Shown in pieces: positions 43,900 through 52,939 of a stretch of DNA of 64,000 bases. Below the pieces are notes generated by a model. It had not been told where the DNA came from. It did not search any database and saw only the letters and a program-made list of their open reading frames with translations. The position numbers and the translations under genes are program-made. Within the stretch, counting starts at the first letter, position 1, and each line of letters opens with the position of its first letter. The stretch is from Candidatus Eiseniibacteriota bacterium. GTDB lineage: Bacteria; Eisenbacteria; RBG-16-71-46; JABDJR01. The stretch spans positions 544,001 through 608,000 of the forward strand of contig CAVXKA010000001.1 of assembly GCA_963762255.1 (NCBI GenBank), in the 5' to 3' direction.

Positions 43900-44658
43900 C
43901 TATCGCCCGCGCCACTCCCAGACGCCGACCGCAAGCGACGATCCGTCGAGGACGGCCTCCACCTGAACCACCGCGGAGTCGCCGTCCAAGGGCGGCACGA
44001 ACCGGGCTTGATCGCCGGTGGGCTCGATGGCGCCCGCGCTCGCGCGCCAGCGGTAGATCAGCCGCTGGGATTCCTCCGGGGTGAGGGTCGGGATCGCCTT
44101 GAGGAGTACGGCGTCCCCGTCCGCGCCGGCCGCGACATGAACGTCGAAGTACACGCCGAGCGCCTGGTTGGGTTCGGGCAGGCTCACGATCACCGCCGTT
44201 CCCTGCGCGTCGATGCTGACAACGATTTCCCCCAGCATCTCGCAGGTATTGGTCCTGCCCTGGTACGTTCCCATAACCTGCGGGTAGACACGGATCTGGT
44301 GCTGTCCGGGCGTGAAACCGCCGGCCTCGTTGCGAGGCCCCCACGTGAACGAGAACGAGCGCGGGAGGTGGAGGACCGCCTCGGTGGGTGTGCCCACCTC
44401 CGCCGACAGGTTGACCGCCTCGATCTCCGAGACCACGGTGTCGGTCACGGTGCCCGTGAAGGTCGCGGTTCCGCCGAGCGGAATCGTGTCCCGGTCGGTG
44501 GTGATCCGCAGAGGCGCGTCGCGGTCGAGCCGATCGCAGAGCGGGGGCGGCAACGGATCGCACACCTGGCTGCACCCCTGGTTGTCGCAGGCAGCCACAC
44601 CCGCAGCCAGCGCTCCGGCCGTCCACACGAGACCTTTTCCTCGCTTCAAGCTTCTCAT
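43900..44658 (-). CDS. putative lipoprotein with a Cys/Pro-rich N-terminal motif
   Basis: ATGA overlap with the radical-SAM gene; lipobox GVAA-C, then DNQGCSQVCDPLPPPLC. Confidence 0.7.
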   Translation of the reverse strand: MRSLKRGKGLVWTAGALAAGVAACDNQGCSQVCDPLPPPLCDRLDRDAPLRITTDRDTIPLGGTATFTGTVTDTVVSEIEAVNLSAEVGTPTEAVLHLPRSFSFTWGPRNEAGGFTPGQHQIRVYPQVMGTYQGRTNTCEMLGEIVVSIDAQGTAVIVSLPEPNQALGVYFDVHVAAGADGDAVLLKAIPTLTPEESQRLIYRWRASAGAIEPTGDQARFVPPLDGDSAVVQVEAVLDGSSLAVGVWEWRGR

Positions 44659-46241
44659 GCCATCACTCCTTCTCCGGCCAGGGCGCGCACCCGAGCCTCG
44701 AGAACCCTCAATCGGTCGCGAAGCGCGAGATCGCGCCGACTCACGTCCCAAGCTAGATCCGATCCCGCCGCCACGAGCGCTTCGCGCGAGATGGCCTCGT
44801 CGGCGGCCAGCGCGCAGATGCTCTCCACGACCTTCGCCGTATCGAGAACCAGAGTCCTCTCGAAATCGGTCACCGCCGACTCCAGATCGCCTACCTCCGC
44901 CTCGGGCCATGCCCTCCGGATGACGGCCGGCTCGTAACCGAGACTCGACGCCAGGTTCAGGACCCCATCCAGTTCAAATGCGCGGCGGCGGAAGACCAGG
45001 GTGACCAGACGCGACGCCAATTCTACCCGCCGATCGCGAATGCTGTAGAAAGGGGCGAACTCGGGGCCGCTCAGACGCCTTTCACGCCGCAGACGGCGCT
45101 CCAGCGGTGTGCCTGCGTAGATCTCCGCGCGCCCAAGGTTGAACAGCGCCTCGGGGTGTGAACGCGCAAAGGCGACGTCCTCACGAACTTCATCCAGGGT
45201 CGCTTCAGGGTGGAAGGAAAGTAGGTTGTAGCAGGCGAAAACGCCGATCTGCGCGAACGCATCGAGGGCGCGATGGCAGGCATCGACGCTCATGCCGCGA
45301 CCCAGCACTTTGAGGCCGTGCGCGTTCCCGGATTCGATGCCGACGTACGCACGGACCACCCCGGCATCCTTGAGCGCCCACACCACATCTTCGGTCACCA
45401 CGTCCGGCCGAATCTTGATCACGAGCGAAACACCGTCCAGCCCGGCGCGGCGAAGAAGCGCGGCCAGCGTGACAGCGCGGTCGAGACTCGCGCTTGCCGT
45501 CGGACAGAGGAAGTTGTCGTCGTGGAAGATGAACACACGCACGTCGTGGCGGTGGTAGAGATCTGCCATTTCTTCGACGACAGCGGGCAAGGTGCGCATT
45601 CGGTGCCGCGGTCCCGGACGATGGCGGCCGTAGGTCTGGATCGAGCAATAGGTGCAACCCTGCAGGCAGCCGCGACTTCCCAGCATAGCGGCCAACGGAA
45701 CGCCGGCTTGGCGGAGGAAGGGAGGAGCGCGCAGCGGCCACGGGAGCAAGTCCAGATCGGGCAGCGCCGGCCGAGGCGGGTTCTCCACGATCTTGGGGCT
45801 ATCATCGCGACTCCGCACGCTGACACCGAGCACGTCTTCCAGCCCGCGGTTCGCCGTGAGCCGGTCCAACAGCTCGACCAGCGTCTCCTCGCCGTCGCCG
45901 CGCACGACGGAATCGAGCTCGGGTGAGAGTTCGAGAAGCCTGAGCGCGGCCACGGTAGCGAACTGACCGCCCGCGGTGAGGTGACCCGCGAAGCCCGCGG
46001 CGCGCAGGGCGCTCGCCAGATCCAGGAAGCGGGTCATACCGGCCTGAAACGTCATGGAGAGCCCGATCACGCGGGGATTGAGAGCGAGCGAGCGCGTGAC
46101 GGCGATCTCCAGGGGCGCCTGCGTGTCGAGCGGGACCATGACGGTTCGATAGCCCGCTCGGACAGCGGCGGCAGCAAGATAGCGAACGGCCAGGTTCTCT
46201 TCGGATTCCGCACCTATCAGAACGAGGTCCGCTCGATCCAT
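44655..46241 (-). CDS. cobalamin-binding radical SAM enzyme (class B methyltransferase-like)
   Basis: EENLAVRYL, GGQFAT, GDGEE (B12 domain); SRGCLQGCTYC; HDDNF; GIESG. Confidence 0.92.
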   Translation of the reverse strand: MDRADLVLIGAESEENLAVRYLAAAAVRAGYRTVMVPLDTQAPLEIAVTRSLALNPRVIGLSMTFQAGMTRFLDLASALRAAGFAGHLTAGGQFATVAALRLLELSPELDSVVRGDGEETLVELLDRLTANRGLEDVLGVSVRSRDDSPKIVENPPRPALPDLDLLPWPLRAPPFLRQAGVPLAAMLGSRGCLQGCTYCSIQTYGRHRPGPRHRMRTLPAVVEEMADLYHRHDVRVFIFHDDNFLCPTASASLDRAVTLAALLRRAGLDGVSLVIKIRPDVVTEDVVWALKDAGVVRAYVGIESGNAHGLKVLGRGMSVDACHRALDAFAQIGVFACYNLLSFHPEATLDEVREDVAFARSHPEALFNLGRAEIYAGTPLERRLRRERRLSGPEFAPFYSIRDRRVELASRLVTLVFRRRAFELDGVLNLASSLGYEPAVIRRAWPEAEVGDLESAVTDFERTLVLDTAKVVESICALAADEAISREALVAAGSDLAWDVSRRDLALRDRLRVLEARVRALAGEGVMA

Positions 46242-46257
46242 CCTCGCCTCCCGCCGA

Positions 46258-46986
46258 TCAAACCACCTTGCGCTCCCCCAAGTTCCAGCGTTCCATGAGC
46301 CAGTTCTCGAACCCCTGCGCGGCGGACAAGTCCGCGAACACGGCGGTCGCGCCCGCATCCCGCAGTCCATCCACGGTCGTGCTTCCGGTGGCCACGCCCA
46401 CGGTCAGGAAGTCGTGCGCGAGACCGGCGGCGACATCGGACGCGGTGTCGCCGATCACGAGCACGTCGTGCGGTGCGAAGCGCACGCCGACGCGGCCCTC
46501 GGCGCGTGCCAGCGCGTACTTCGCCATCACCGCGCGGTCGTCGGCGTCGCTCCCGAACCCGCCGAACGGAAAGTAGTGATTGAAGCCGAACGGCTCCAGC
46601 TTGATGCGGGCGCCGCGCTCGACGTTGCCGGTCAGGAGCCCCAGCAGCAGGCGCGGGTCGGCATGGAGGCTCTCCAACAGCTCGGGCACGCCGGGGCAGG
46701 GTTCCTTCGTATCCGACTCAGCTACCGTGGCGCGCAGGTGCGCGAGGTACGCGGTCTCGAACTCACCGAGGCGCGAACGCAGTGCATCCGGCGTGATCCC
46801 CAGCACGCGCGCCATCTCCTTGATGATCCGGGGATCGCTGTTGCCGGCGAAGGGCACCGACTTGAGCACCGGGTTGTCCTCGGCATCCACGCCGAAGAGG
46901 TCGCGGAAGGCGCGCTCGAGGGCCCGCCGCCCGAAGCCGCGTCCTCGGATCAGCGTCCCGTCGATATCGAAGAGGATGAGATGCAT
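46258..46986 (-). CDS. HAD hydrolase (phosphoglycolate phosphatase-like)
   Basis: LFDIDGTL, LLTGN, IGDT..DV. Confidence 0.9.
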   Translation of the reverse strand: MHLILFDIDGTLIRGRGFGRRALERAFRDLFGVDAEDNPVLKSVPFAGNSDPRIIKEMARVLGITPDALRSRLGEFETAYLAHLRATVAESDTKEPCPGVPELLESLHADPRLLLGLLTGNVERGARIKLEPFGFNHYFPFGGFGSDADDRAVMAKYALARAEGRVGVRFAPHDVLVIGDTASDVAAGLAHDFLTVGVATGSTTVDGLRDAGATAVFADLSAAQGFENWLMERWNLGERKVV

Positions 46987-47070
46987 CCGGGGAGTATACC
47001 CATTAAGCTCATGGGGCTGACGTCTTCAACGTGCCCTCACGGTTCCCCCCCAACGAAGCGGAAGATCCCC

Positions 47071-47532
47071 ATGACGGCATCGGCCCCCAAACTGAAAGTG
47101 CTTTTCCTCTGCACCGGTAACTCCTGCCGGAGCCAGATGGCGGAAGGGTGGGCGCGCGCGTTGGTGGGCGACCGCATCGAGCCCACCTCCGCTGGAATCG
47201 AGACCCACGGGCTCAACCCGCATGCGGTGCGGGTCATGGCCGAAGCCGGTGTGGACATCTCGAACCACCGGTCGAAGCATGTGGACGAGCTCTCGGCGGT
47301 CCGCTTCGACGCCGTGATCACGGTCTGCGACAACGCTCACGAGAGCTGCCCGCTCTTCCCGGGCAAGACGCTCGTCCTGCACCACGGCTTCGACGATCCC
47401 CCGCGACTGGCTCGCGATGCGGCGACCGAAGAGGAAGCGCTCACGCACTACCGACGCGTGCGGGACGAGATCCGCGCGTTCGTACTCGCGCTGCCGGCGC
47501 TGCTTGCCGCCGAAGGGCTCACGAGGCCGTGA
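47071..47532 (+). CDS. arsC: arsenate reductase, LMW-PTP type
   Basis: [27 protein letters not shown]. Confidence 0.95.
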   Translation: MTASAPKLKVLFLCTGNSCRSQMAEGWARALVGDRIEPTSAGIETHGLNPHAVRVMAEAGVDISNHRSKHVDELSAVRFDAVITVCDNAHESCPLFPGKTLVLHHGFDDPPRLARDAATEEEALTHYRRVRDEIRAFVLALPALLAAEGLTRP

Positions 47533-48607
47533 CGAAATACCGGCGGCGGAACCAGAAGGCCACATTGACCAGTCCGATCATCACGGGTACCTCGACCAGC
47601 GGGCCGATGACGGCGGCAAAGGCCGTGCCGGAATTGATGCCGAAGACGGCGATCGCCACCGCGATGGCCAGCTCGAAGTTGTTGCTCGCAGCGGTGAAGG
47701 CCAGCGTCGTCGTCTTGCGGTAGTCGGCGCCTATCTTGCGCCCCAAATAGAAAGACACCAGGAACATCACCACGAAGTAGACGAGCAACGGAATGGCGAT
47801 GCGCACGACGTCCCCGGGAATCTGGACGATCAGGTCGCCCTTGAGGCTGAACATGAGCACGATGGTGAAGAGCAGGGCGATCAGGGTCAGGGGACTGATC
47901 CTGGGAACGACAACGGCGTGGTAGCGCTCGCGCCCCATGAGCTTCACGCCCACCAGACGGGTCAATGCTCCGGCCAGGAACGGAATGCCGAGGTAGATGA
48001 ACACGCTCTTGGCGATCTGGCCGATGGTGATGTCGATGGCCGTCCCCTTCAGGCCGAACAGCGGGGGCAACACCGTGAGAAAGAACCAGGCATAGACACT
48101 GAAGAAGAGCACCTGGAACACGCTGTTGAACGCGACCAGCCCGGCGGCGTATTCCGTGTCCCCCTTCGCCAGCTCGTTCCAGACAATGACCATCGCGATG
48201 CAACGAGCCAGCCCGATCAGAATCAGGCCCGCCATGTAGGCCGGGTAGTCGGCAAGAAACACGATGGCGATGAAGAACATCAGGAAGGGACCGATCACCC
48301 AGTTCTGAAGCAGGGAGAGTCCCAGGACGCGCTTGTCGCGGAAGACGTCCCCCATCTCCTCGTATCTCACCTTGGCGAAGGGCGGATACATCATCAGGAT
48401 CAGCCCGATGGCGATGGGAATGTTGGTGGTCCCCACCGTGAAGCGGTCGACAAAGGTCTTGGTCCCGGGGATGAGCCAGCCCGCCAGGACCCCGGCCGCC
48501 ATGGCAGCGAAGATCCAAAGGGTCAGGTAGCGGTCGAGGAAGGAGAGGTTCTTGCCGACTCCTCCCCTGGCACCGGCGGTTGGGCGCAGGTTCCGGTCGC
48601 GGTTCAT
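47519..48607 (-). CDS. acr3: ACR3 arsenite efflux transporter
   Basis: [46 protein letters not shown]. Confidence 0.96.
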   Translation of the reverse strand: MNRDRNLRPTAGARGGVGKNLSFLDRYLTLWIFAAMAAGVLAGWLIPGTKTFVDRFTVGTTNIPIAIGLILMMYPPFAKVRYEEMGDVFRDKRVLGLSLLQNWVIGPFLMFFIAIVFLADYPAYMAGLILIGLARCIAMVIVWNELAKGDTEYAAGLVAFNSVFQVLFFSVYAWFFLTVLPPLFGLKGTAIDITIGQIAKSVFIYLGIPFLAGALTRLVGVKLMGRERYHAVVVPRISPLTLIALLFTIVLMFSLKGDLIVQIPGDVVRIAIPLLVYFVVMFLVSFYLGRKIGADYRKTTTLAFTAASNNFELAIAVAIAVFGINSGTAFAAVIGPLVEVPVMIGLVNVAFWFRRRYFVTAS

Positions 48608-48843
48608 CCCCGGCTCTCCTTCTGGCGGCGGGAATTCGACCGAGGAGCTGCCGGTACGAGGACCGAGGCCGGAGGCAAACTGCAGAGTTCGTCGGCGGGG
48701 ACCGCCAGAACCTGACGCAGCCGGCGGCGATCCGCTCGAATACGAGGGTCCCGGTCCAGTCGCCCCTTGAGAAGGCTGCGTACCCCGGCCACGTATGGGT
48801 TACCCTTGTCCGTGGCCTTGAGAGCAAGCTCGAGATCGCGCAC
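48604..48843 (-). pseudogene. probable ArsR regulator remnant lacking the HTH (in-frame internal deletion)
   Basis: Strong RBS; stop overlaps acr3 start (ATGA); ArsR-like N-terminus MRDLELALKA joined directly to an ArsR-like C-terminal tail (NPY...[13 protein letters not shown]). Confidence 0.5.
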
Positions 48844-48867
48844 GCGCGGGAACTCCTTTCCTCATTT

Positions 48868-48879
48868 CGTCACATGACG
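48868..48879. promoter_or_regulatory. palindromic operator candidate between divergent genes
   Basis: CGTCA-CA-TGACG. Confidence 0.4.
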
Positions 48880-48911
48880 GGATTATGGTGGACGGGAGAG
48901 AGAGAAGGAAC

Positions 48912-49899
48912 ATGATCTGGCGAAAGCTCCTCTGGTTCGGATCCCTGGCTGCGACGGTCGCCGCCCTCCTCCTGGCCCTTCCCGCGTCCGAGAGCGCGGG
49001 CCAGGTCACGTCGGCGACGATCCTCTCCACCGCCTCCACGAACGGCGAGACGTCTCCCTGTGGGTGACACAAGCCGCAGGTAGGCGGGCTCGCCCGGAGG
49101 GCGACCGTTATCAAGGCTGAGTGGGCGAACGGGAATCCCACTCTGTTGGTGGACGCGGGCAACTGGGGTGACAGCAAGGGCAGCGCAGCCTGGGACAAGA
49201 CCCAGTTCATCTTCGACGAGATGGGCCAGATGAAGTACGACGTGGTCACGCCCGGCGACTGCCGAACTGAGCCAGGGCGTGCACGCGCTCGAGAAGCTCC
49301 TTGCCTCGCAGCCACAGGTGAGCGTGGTCTCGGCAAACGTGAAGGACAAGTCGGGCAGGCTGGTCTTCCCCGAGTCGGTGGTCATCACCAAGGGCGGAGT
49401 CCGGTTCGGGGTGACAGGGGTCACCGGCGCGTTGTCCTATAACGCCAACGTCACCCAGGGTCTCCAGGCCGTGGACGAATTCACCTTCGAGGACTCCGGG
49501 GCGACGTTGCGACGCGTTCTCCCCAAGTTGCGCGGCGAGTGCGACATCGTGGTCGTCCTCATGCATGAGACCTTGAAAGACGCCCAGCGGATCGTGAACG
49601 AGGTGCTGGGCATGGACGTGGTGATCGTGGGCCACAACGCCGGCTTCCAGCCGGCTCCCGAGCAAGTGGGCGAGACGCTCGTGGTCCACCCCGGCAACCG
49701 AGGGCAGTACGTCCACTCGCTGGAACTGACCCTCGACGGCAATGCGAAGATCGTCGACTTCAAGGGCAGAGGGAAGCCGCTCAACGAGAGCGTGGCCAAG
49801 GATCCCGAGTTCGACAAGGTCGTCACAGAGTGGGAGACGGCATCCAAGGCCCGCCAGGCGGAGGGGATGCGCAAGAAGGCGCCACCCAAGCCACGGTGA
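48912..49899 (+). CDS. UshA-like (degenerate metallophosphoesterase) secreted selenoprotein; Sec at TGA 49065-49067; one extra base near 49260
   Basis: Signal peptide; GETSPCG-TGA-HKPQVGGLARRAT..LLVDAGN continues in the same frame; downstream SANV, GVRFGVTG, IVVVLMH, DVVIVGH 5'-nucleotidase-like motifs. Confidence 0.82.
49068..49104 (+). promoter_or_regulatory. putative bacterial SECIS element
   Basis: Hairpins CCGC-AGGTAG-GCGG and TCGCCC-GGA-GGGCGA directly 3' of the in-frame TGA. Confidence 0.55.
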
Positions 49900-49996
49900 T
49901 CCCGGGAATTCGGGCCTGACGCCAGACGCGTCAGGATGCCACAGACCGGATCCGGCCCCAGGCACCCGAGGGAAGTGACGAAGAAACCCTGGAATG

Positions 49997-50018
49997 TATG
50001 GCCGCATGGCCATATACT
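49997..50018 (+). promoter_or_regulatory. ArsR-type operator overlapping a -10 box
   Basis: TATGGCC-GCAT-GGCCATA palindrome overlapping TATACT (50013-50018). Confidence 0.6.
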
Positions 50019-50025
50019 CATGATT

Positions 50026-50331
50026 ATGAAATCGGCAACTGGACTCGGCAGGCGGGTGTTCCGGGATCAGGCTCGCGTCATGAAGGCGCTGGCCAACGAG
50101 TCGCGCCTCATGATCGTCGATCGTTTGAGCCGGGGGGAGTGCAGCGCCGGGGAGCTGACCCAGCTCGTTGGGACTGACCAAACGACGGTTTCGAAGCACC
50201 TCGCCGTACTGCGGGCCTACGGGATTGTCGAGGACCGCCGGGAGGGAAGCGCCGTCATCTACAGGCTGCTCACGCCGTGCGTGATGAACTTCTTCTCATG
50301 CGCAACTCAGGTCTTGAAGGCACCCAGATGA
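50026..50331 (+). CDS. arsR: ArsR/SmtB family transcriptional regulator
   Basis: MKALANESRLMIV..GECSAGEL..TVSKHLAVLRAYGIV..RREG..YRL. Confidence 0.92.
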   Translation: MKSATGLGRRVFRDQARVMKALANESRLMIVDRLSRGECSAGELTQLVGTDQTTVSKHLAVLRAYGIVEDRREGSAVIYRLLTPCVMNFFSCATQVLKAPR

Positions 50332-50346
50332 GGCGCAATTTTCTAT

Positions 50347-50381
50347 TTGACAATAACTTGCTGGTTTGGCCAAGTCGCCAT
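50347..50381 (+). promoter_or_regulatory. -35 box plus second ArsR-type operator
   Basis: TTGACA at 50347; TGGC-N6-GCCAT at 50367, the same core as the 49997 operator. Confidence 0.55.
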
Positions 50382-50410
50382 GACTCGGCCGGGACATCAG
50401 GGACTCTGCC

Positions 50411-51487
50411 ATGAGAAACACAGGACCTGCGGCGGGACCCGCGTGTGCGTGCGGACAGGAGCGGCGAGTTCTCCCCCTGCGGTGGATCGCCGTCGCTCTG
50501 GCGGCTGTCGCTTGGATCTTCGTCTACCGGAGTCTCGATCCGTTCTCGAACTGGTTCGCATATGAGCTGCTCGGCCTGCGGGCAGGCAGCCATGTCGCCT
50601 CCGCGGTCCAGTTCTTCGTCTTCGAGGCGCCCAAGGTCATGATGCTGCTCACGATCGTGGTCTTCGGCGTGGGGATCGTGCGTTCATTCTTCACTCCCGA
50701 GCGCACGCGCCGCATTCTTGCCGGCAAACGGGAGACCGCCGGCAACGTATTCGCGGGTCTGCTTGGAGTCGTGACCCCATTCTGCTCCTGCTCGGCGGTG
50801 CCTCTGTTCATCGGGTTCGTGACGACGGGGGTCCCGCTCGGGGTTACGTTTTCCTTCCTCATCTCCGCGCCCATGGTCAACGAGGTTGCCCTCGTGCTCC
50901 TCTTCGGGCTCTTCGGCTGGAAAGTGGCCTTGCTCTACATGGGCACCGGTCTGGTCATCGCGATCGGCGGTGGTTGGGTGATCGGCCGACTGCGCCTCGA
51001 ACGTTGGGTGGAAGGATGGGTGTACGAAATGGCACCCGGGACGGGCGATGCCATCGGCGAACCCTCCCCGAGCTGGGCGGACCGAGTCGCGCGTGGACGA
51101 GCCGCGGTGAGGGAAATCGTCGGCAAGGTCTGGCCGTTCGTGCTGGCCGGCATCGCCGTTGGAGCCGGCATCCACGGCTATGTCCCTCAGGACTTCATGG
51201 CCTCCATCATGGGCAAGGAGGCGTGGTGGTCCGTCCCGCTCGCTGTCCTGATCGGCATTCCGATGTACTCCAATGCGGCCGGGATCATCCCCATCGTGCA
51301 GGCTTTGCTCGGCAAGGGGGCCGCGCTCGGGACGGTGCTTGCGTTCATGATGGCGGTCATCGGGCTGTCGCTTCCCGAGATGATCATCCTTCGCAAGGTC
51401 CTCAAGGTGCCTCTCATAATCGCCTTCGCGGGCGTGGTCGGCCTCGGAATTCTGGTGGTCGGGTACTTATTCAACATCCTCATCTGA
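50411..51487 (+). CDS. ArsP/DUF318-family permease
   Basis: TPFCSCSAVPLF, FLISAPMVNE, GAGIHGYVP, GIPMYSN, LSLPEMIILRKV. Confidence 0.9.
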   Translation: MRNTGPAAGPACACGQERRVLPLRWIAVALAAVAWIFVYRSLDPFSNWFAYELLGLRAGSHVASAVQFFVFEAPKVMMLLTIVVFGVGIVRSFFTPERTRRILAGKRETAGNVFAGLLGVVTPFCSCSAVPLFIGFVTTGVPLGVTFSFLISAPMVNEVALVLLFGLFGWKVALLYMGTGLVIAIGGGWVIGRLRLERWVEGWVYEMAPGTGDAIGEPSPSWADRVARGRAAVREIVGKVWPFVLAGIAVGAGIHGYVPQDFMASIMGKEAWWSVPLAVLIGIPMYSNAAGIIPIVQALLGKGAALGTVLAFMMAVIGLSLPEMIILRKVLKVPLIIAFAGVVGLGILVVGYLFNILI

Positions 51488-51499
51488 GAAGGAGTCACG

Positions 51500-51730
51500 A
51501 TGCGAATCCAGGTAATCGGAACCGGCTGCCCCAAGTGCAAGCTCTTGGCGGAACACGCCGAGACCGCGGTGAAGGAACTGGGCATCGAGGCCCGTGTCGA
51601 GAAAGTGACCGAGATCGACAAGATCATCGCTATGGGGGTCATGGCCACGCCAGCCCTCGCCGTGGACGGCGTGGTCAAGTCATCCGGCAGAGTGCTTTCG
51701 GCCAAGGACATCCAGGAGTTGCTGAAATGA
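51500..51730 (+). CDS. small redox-active disulfide protein (TM0996/MTH895, ArsE-like)
   Basis: IGTGCPKC, GVMATPALAVDG. Confidence 0.92.
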   Translation: MRIQVIGTGCPKCKLLAEHAETAVKELGIEARVEKVTEIDKIIAMGVMATPALAVDGVVKSSGRVLSAKDIQELLK

Positions 51731-52203
51731 ACGCGCGGAAGATCGTCACGCTGCTGCTTCTGGTTCTGGTCGCGGCCAGCGCCGCGTACCTCGTGGTGGA
51801 CGGCGCGCGCGGACGCGCTGCCTCTCGGGCCGACTCCGCATCGAACGGCGACGCCGCTCCCGCGGCCGCCGATCGGGTGATCGCTTACTACTTCCACGGG
51901 TCACAGCGGTGCCGGACATGCCTGACCATCGAGGCCTACACGGCGGAAGCCATCCAGACAGGCTTCGCCGACGCGCTCTCCAACGGGACGCTCGAGTGGA
52001 AGGTGGTCAACATCGAAGAGCCCGAGAACGAGCACTTCGTCGAGGACTACCAGATCACGACGCGGACGGTGGTGCTGGTAGAGATGAAGGACGGGAAGCA
52101 GGTCCGCTGGTCGACGCTGGGCCGGGTGTGGGATCTGGTGGACGACCAACCGGCGTTCATGACCTACATCCAGGAAGAGACAAAGGGATACCTCGGGAGC
52201 TGA
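51727..52203 (+). CDS. ArsF-like membrane-anchored thioredoxin-fold protein
   Basis: N-terminal TM; YYFHGSQRCRTCLTIE; ENEHF. Confidence 0.8.
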   Translation: MNARKIVTLLLLVLVAASAAYLVVDGARGRAASRADSASNGDAAPAAADRVIAYYFHGSQRCRTCLTIEAYTAEAIQTGFADALSNGTLEWKVVNIEEPENEHFVEDYQITTRTVVLVEMKDGKQVRWSTLGRVWDLVDDQPAFMTYIQEETKGYLGS

Positions 52204-52204
52204 C

Positions 52205-52894
52205 ATGACCGAAGCTCTTTCCGGGGTTCTTGCCGCGCTCTGGCTCGGCGTGCTGACCTCGATCAGCCCTTGCCCGCTCGCCACGAACATCGCAGCGATC
52301 TCGTACGTGGGAAGCCGGGTCGGCAACTCCCGCCGCGTGCTTCTGGCCGGCGTCCTCTACACGGCGGGGCGGGCGCTGGTGTACCTGGTGCTGAGCGTGG
52401 CTCTGGTCTCGAGCCTTCTCGCCGCTCCGGCACTCTCCCATGCGCTGCAGAAGTACGGCCACAAGCTGCTCGGTCCCATCCTCATTCTCGTGGGAATGGT
52501 GCTCCTGGATCTGATCCGCCTGCGTCCGTCCGGCATCAGCACGGGCGGTGGCGTGTCCGAGCGCCTGGCCAAAGCGGGAGTGTGGGGCGCGCTGCCGCTC
52601 GGTGCGCTCTTCGCACTCTCCTTCTGCCCGACATCCGCCGCGCTCTTCTTCGGAAGCCTGCTTCCACTCGCCGTCGAGCGACACTCGCCGGTGGCGTTGC
52701 CGCTGGCGTACGGCGTCGGTACCGCGCTGCCGGTTGTGGTCTTCGCGGTCCTTCTCGCCGCGGGGGCACAGTCAGTGGGAAGGGTGTTCGAGCACGTGAG
52801 CCGTCTGGAGATCTGGGCCCGCCGAGCGACCGGCGTCGTTTTCATCGCAATCGGCGTCTATTTCGTCCTGGCGTACGTGTTCGAGGTCCTGTGA
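52205..52894 (+). CDS. ArsG-like / CcdA-DsbD-type transmembrane protein
   Basis: TSISPCPLATNIAAISY; ALSFCPTSAALFFG. Confidence 0.85.
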   Translation: MTEALSGVLAALWLGVLTSISPCPLATNIAAISYVGSRVGNSRRVLLAGVLYTAGRALVYLVLSVALVSSLLAAPALSHALQKYGHKLLGPILILVGMVLLDLIRLRPSGISTGGGVSERLAKAGVWGALPLGALFALSFCPTSAALFFGSLLPLAVERHSPVALPLAYGVGTALPVVVFAVLLAAGAQSVGRVFEHVSRLEIWARRATGVVFIAIGVYFVLAYVFEVL

Positions 52895-52939
52895 GGCGTC
52901 GCGCGATGCGGGCGCTCAAGCGCGCCGCACACCTTGCGC

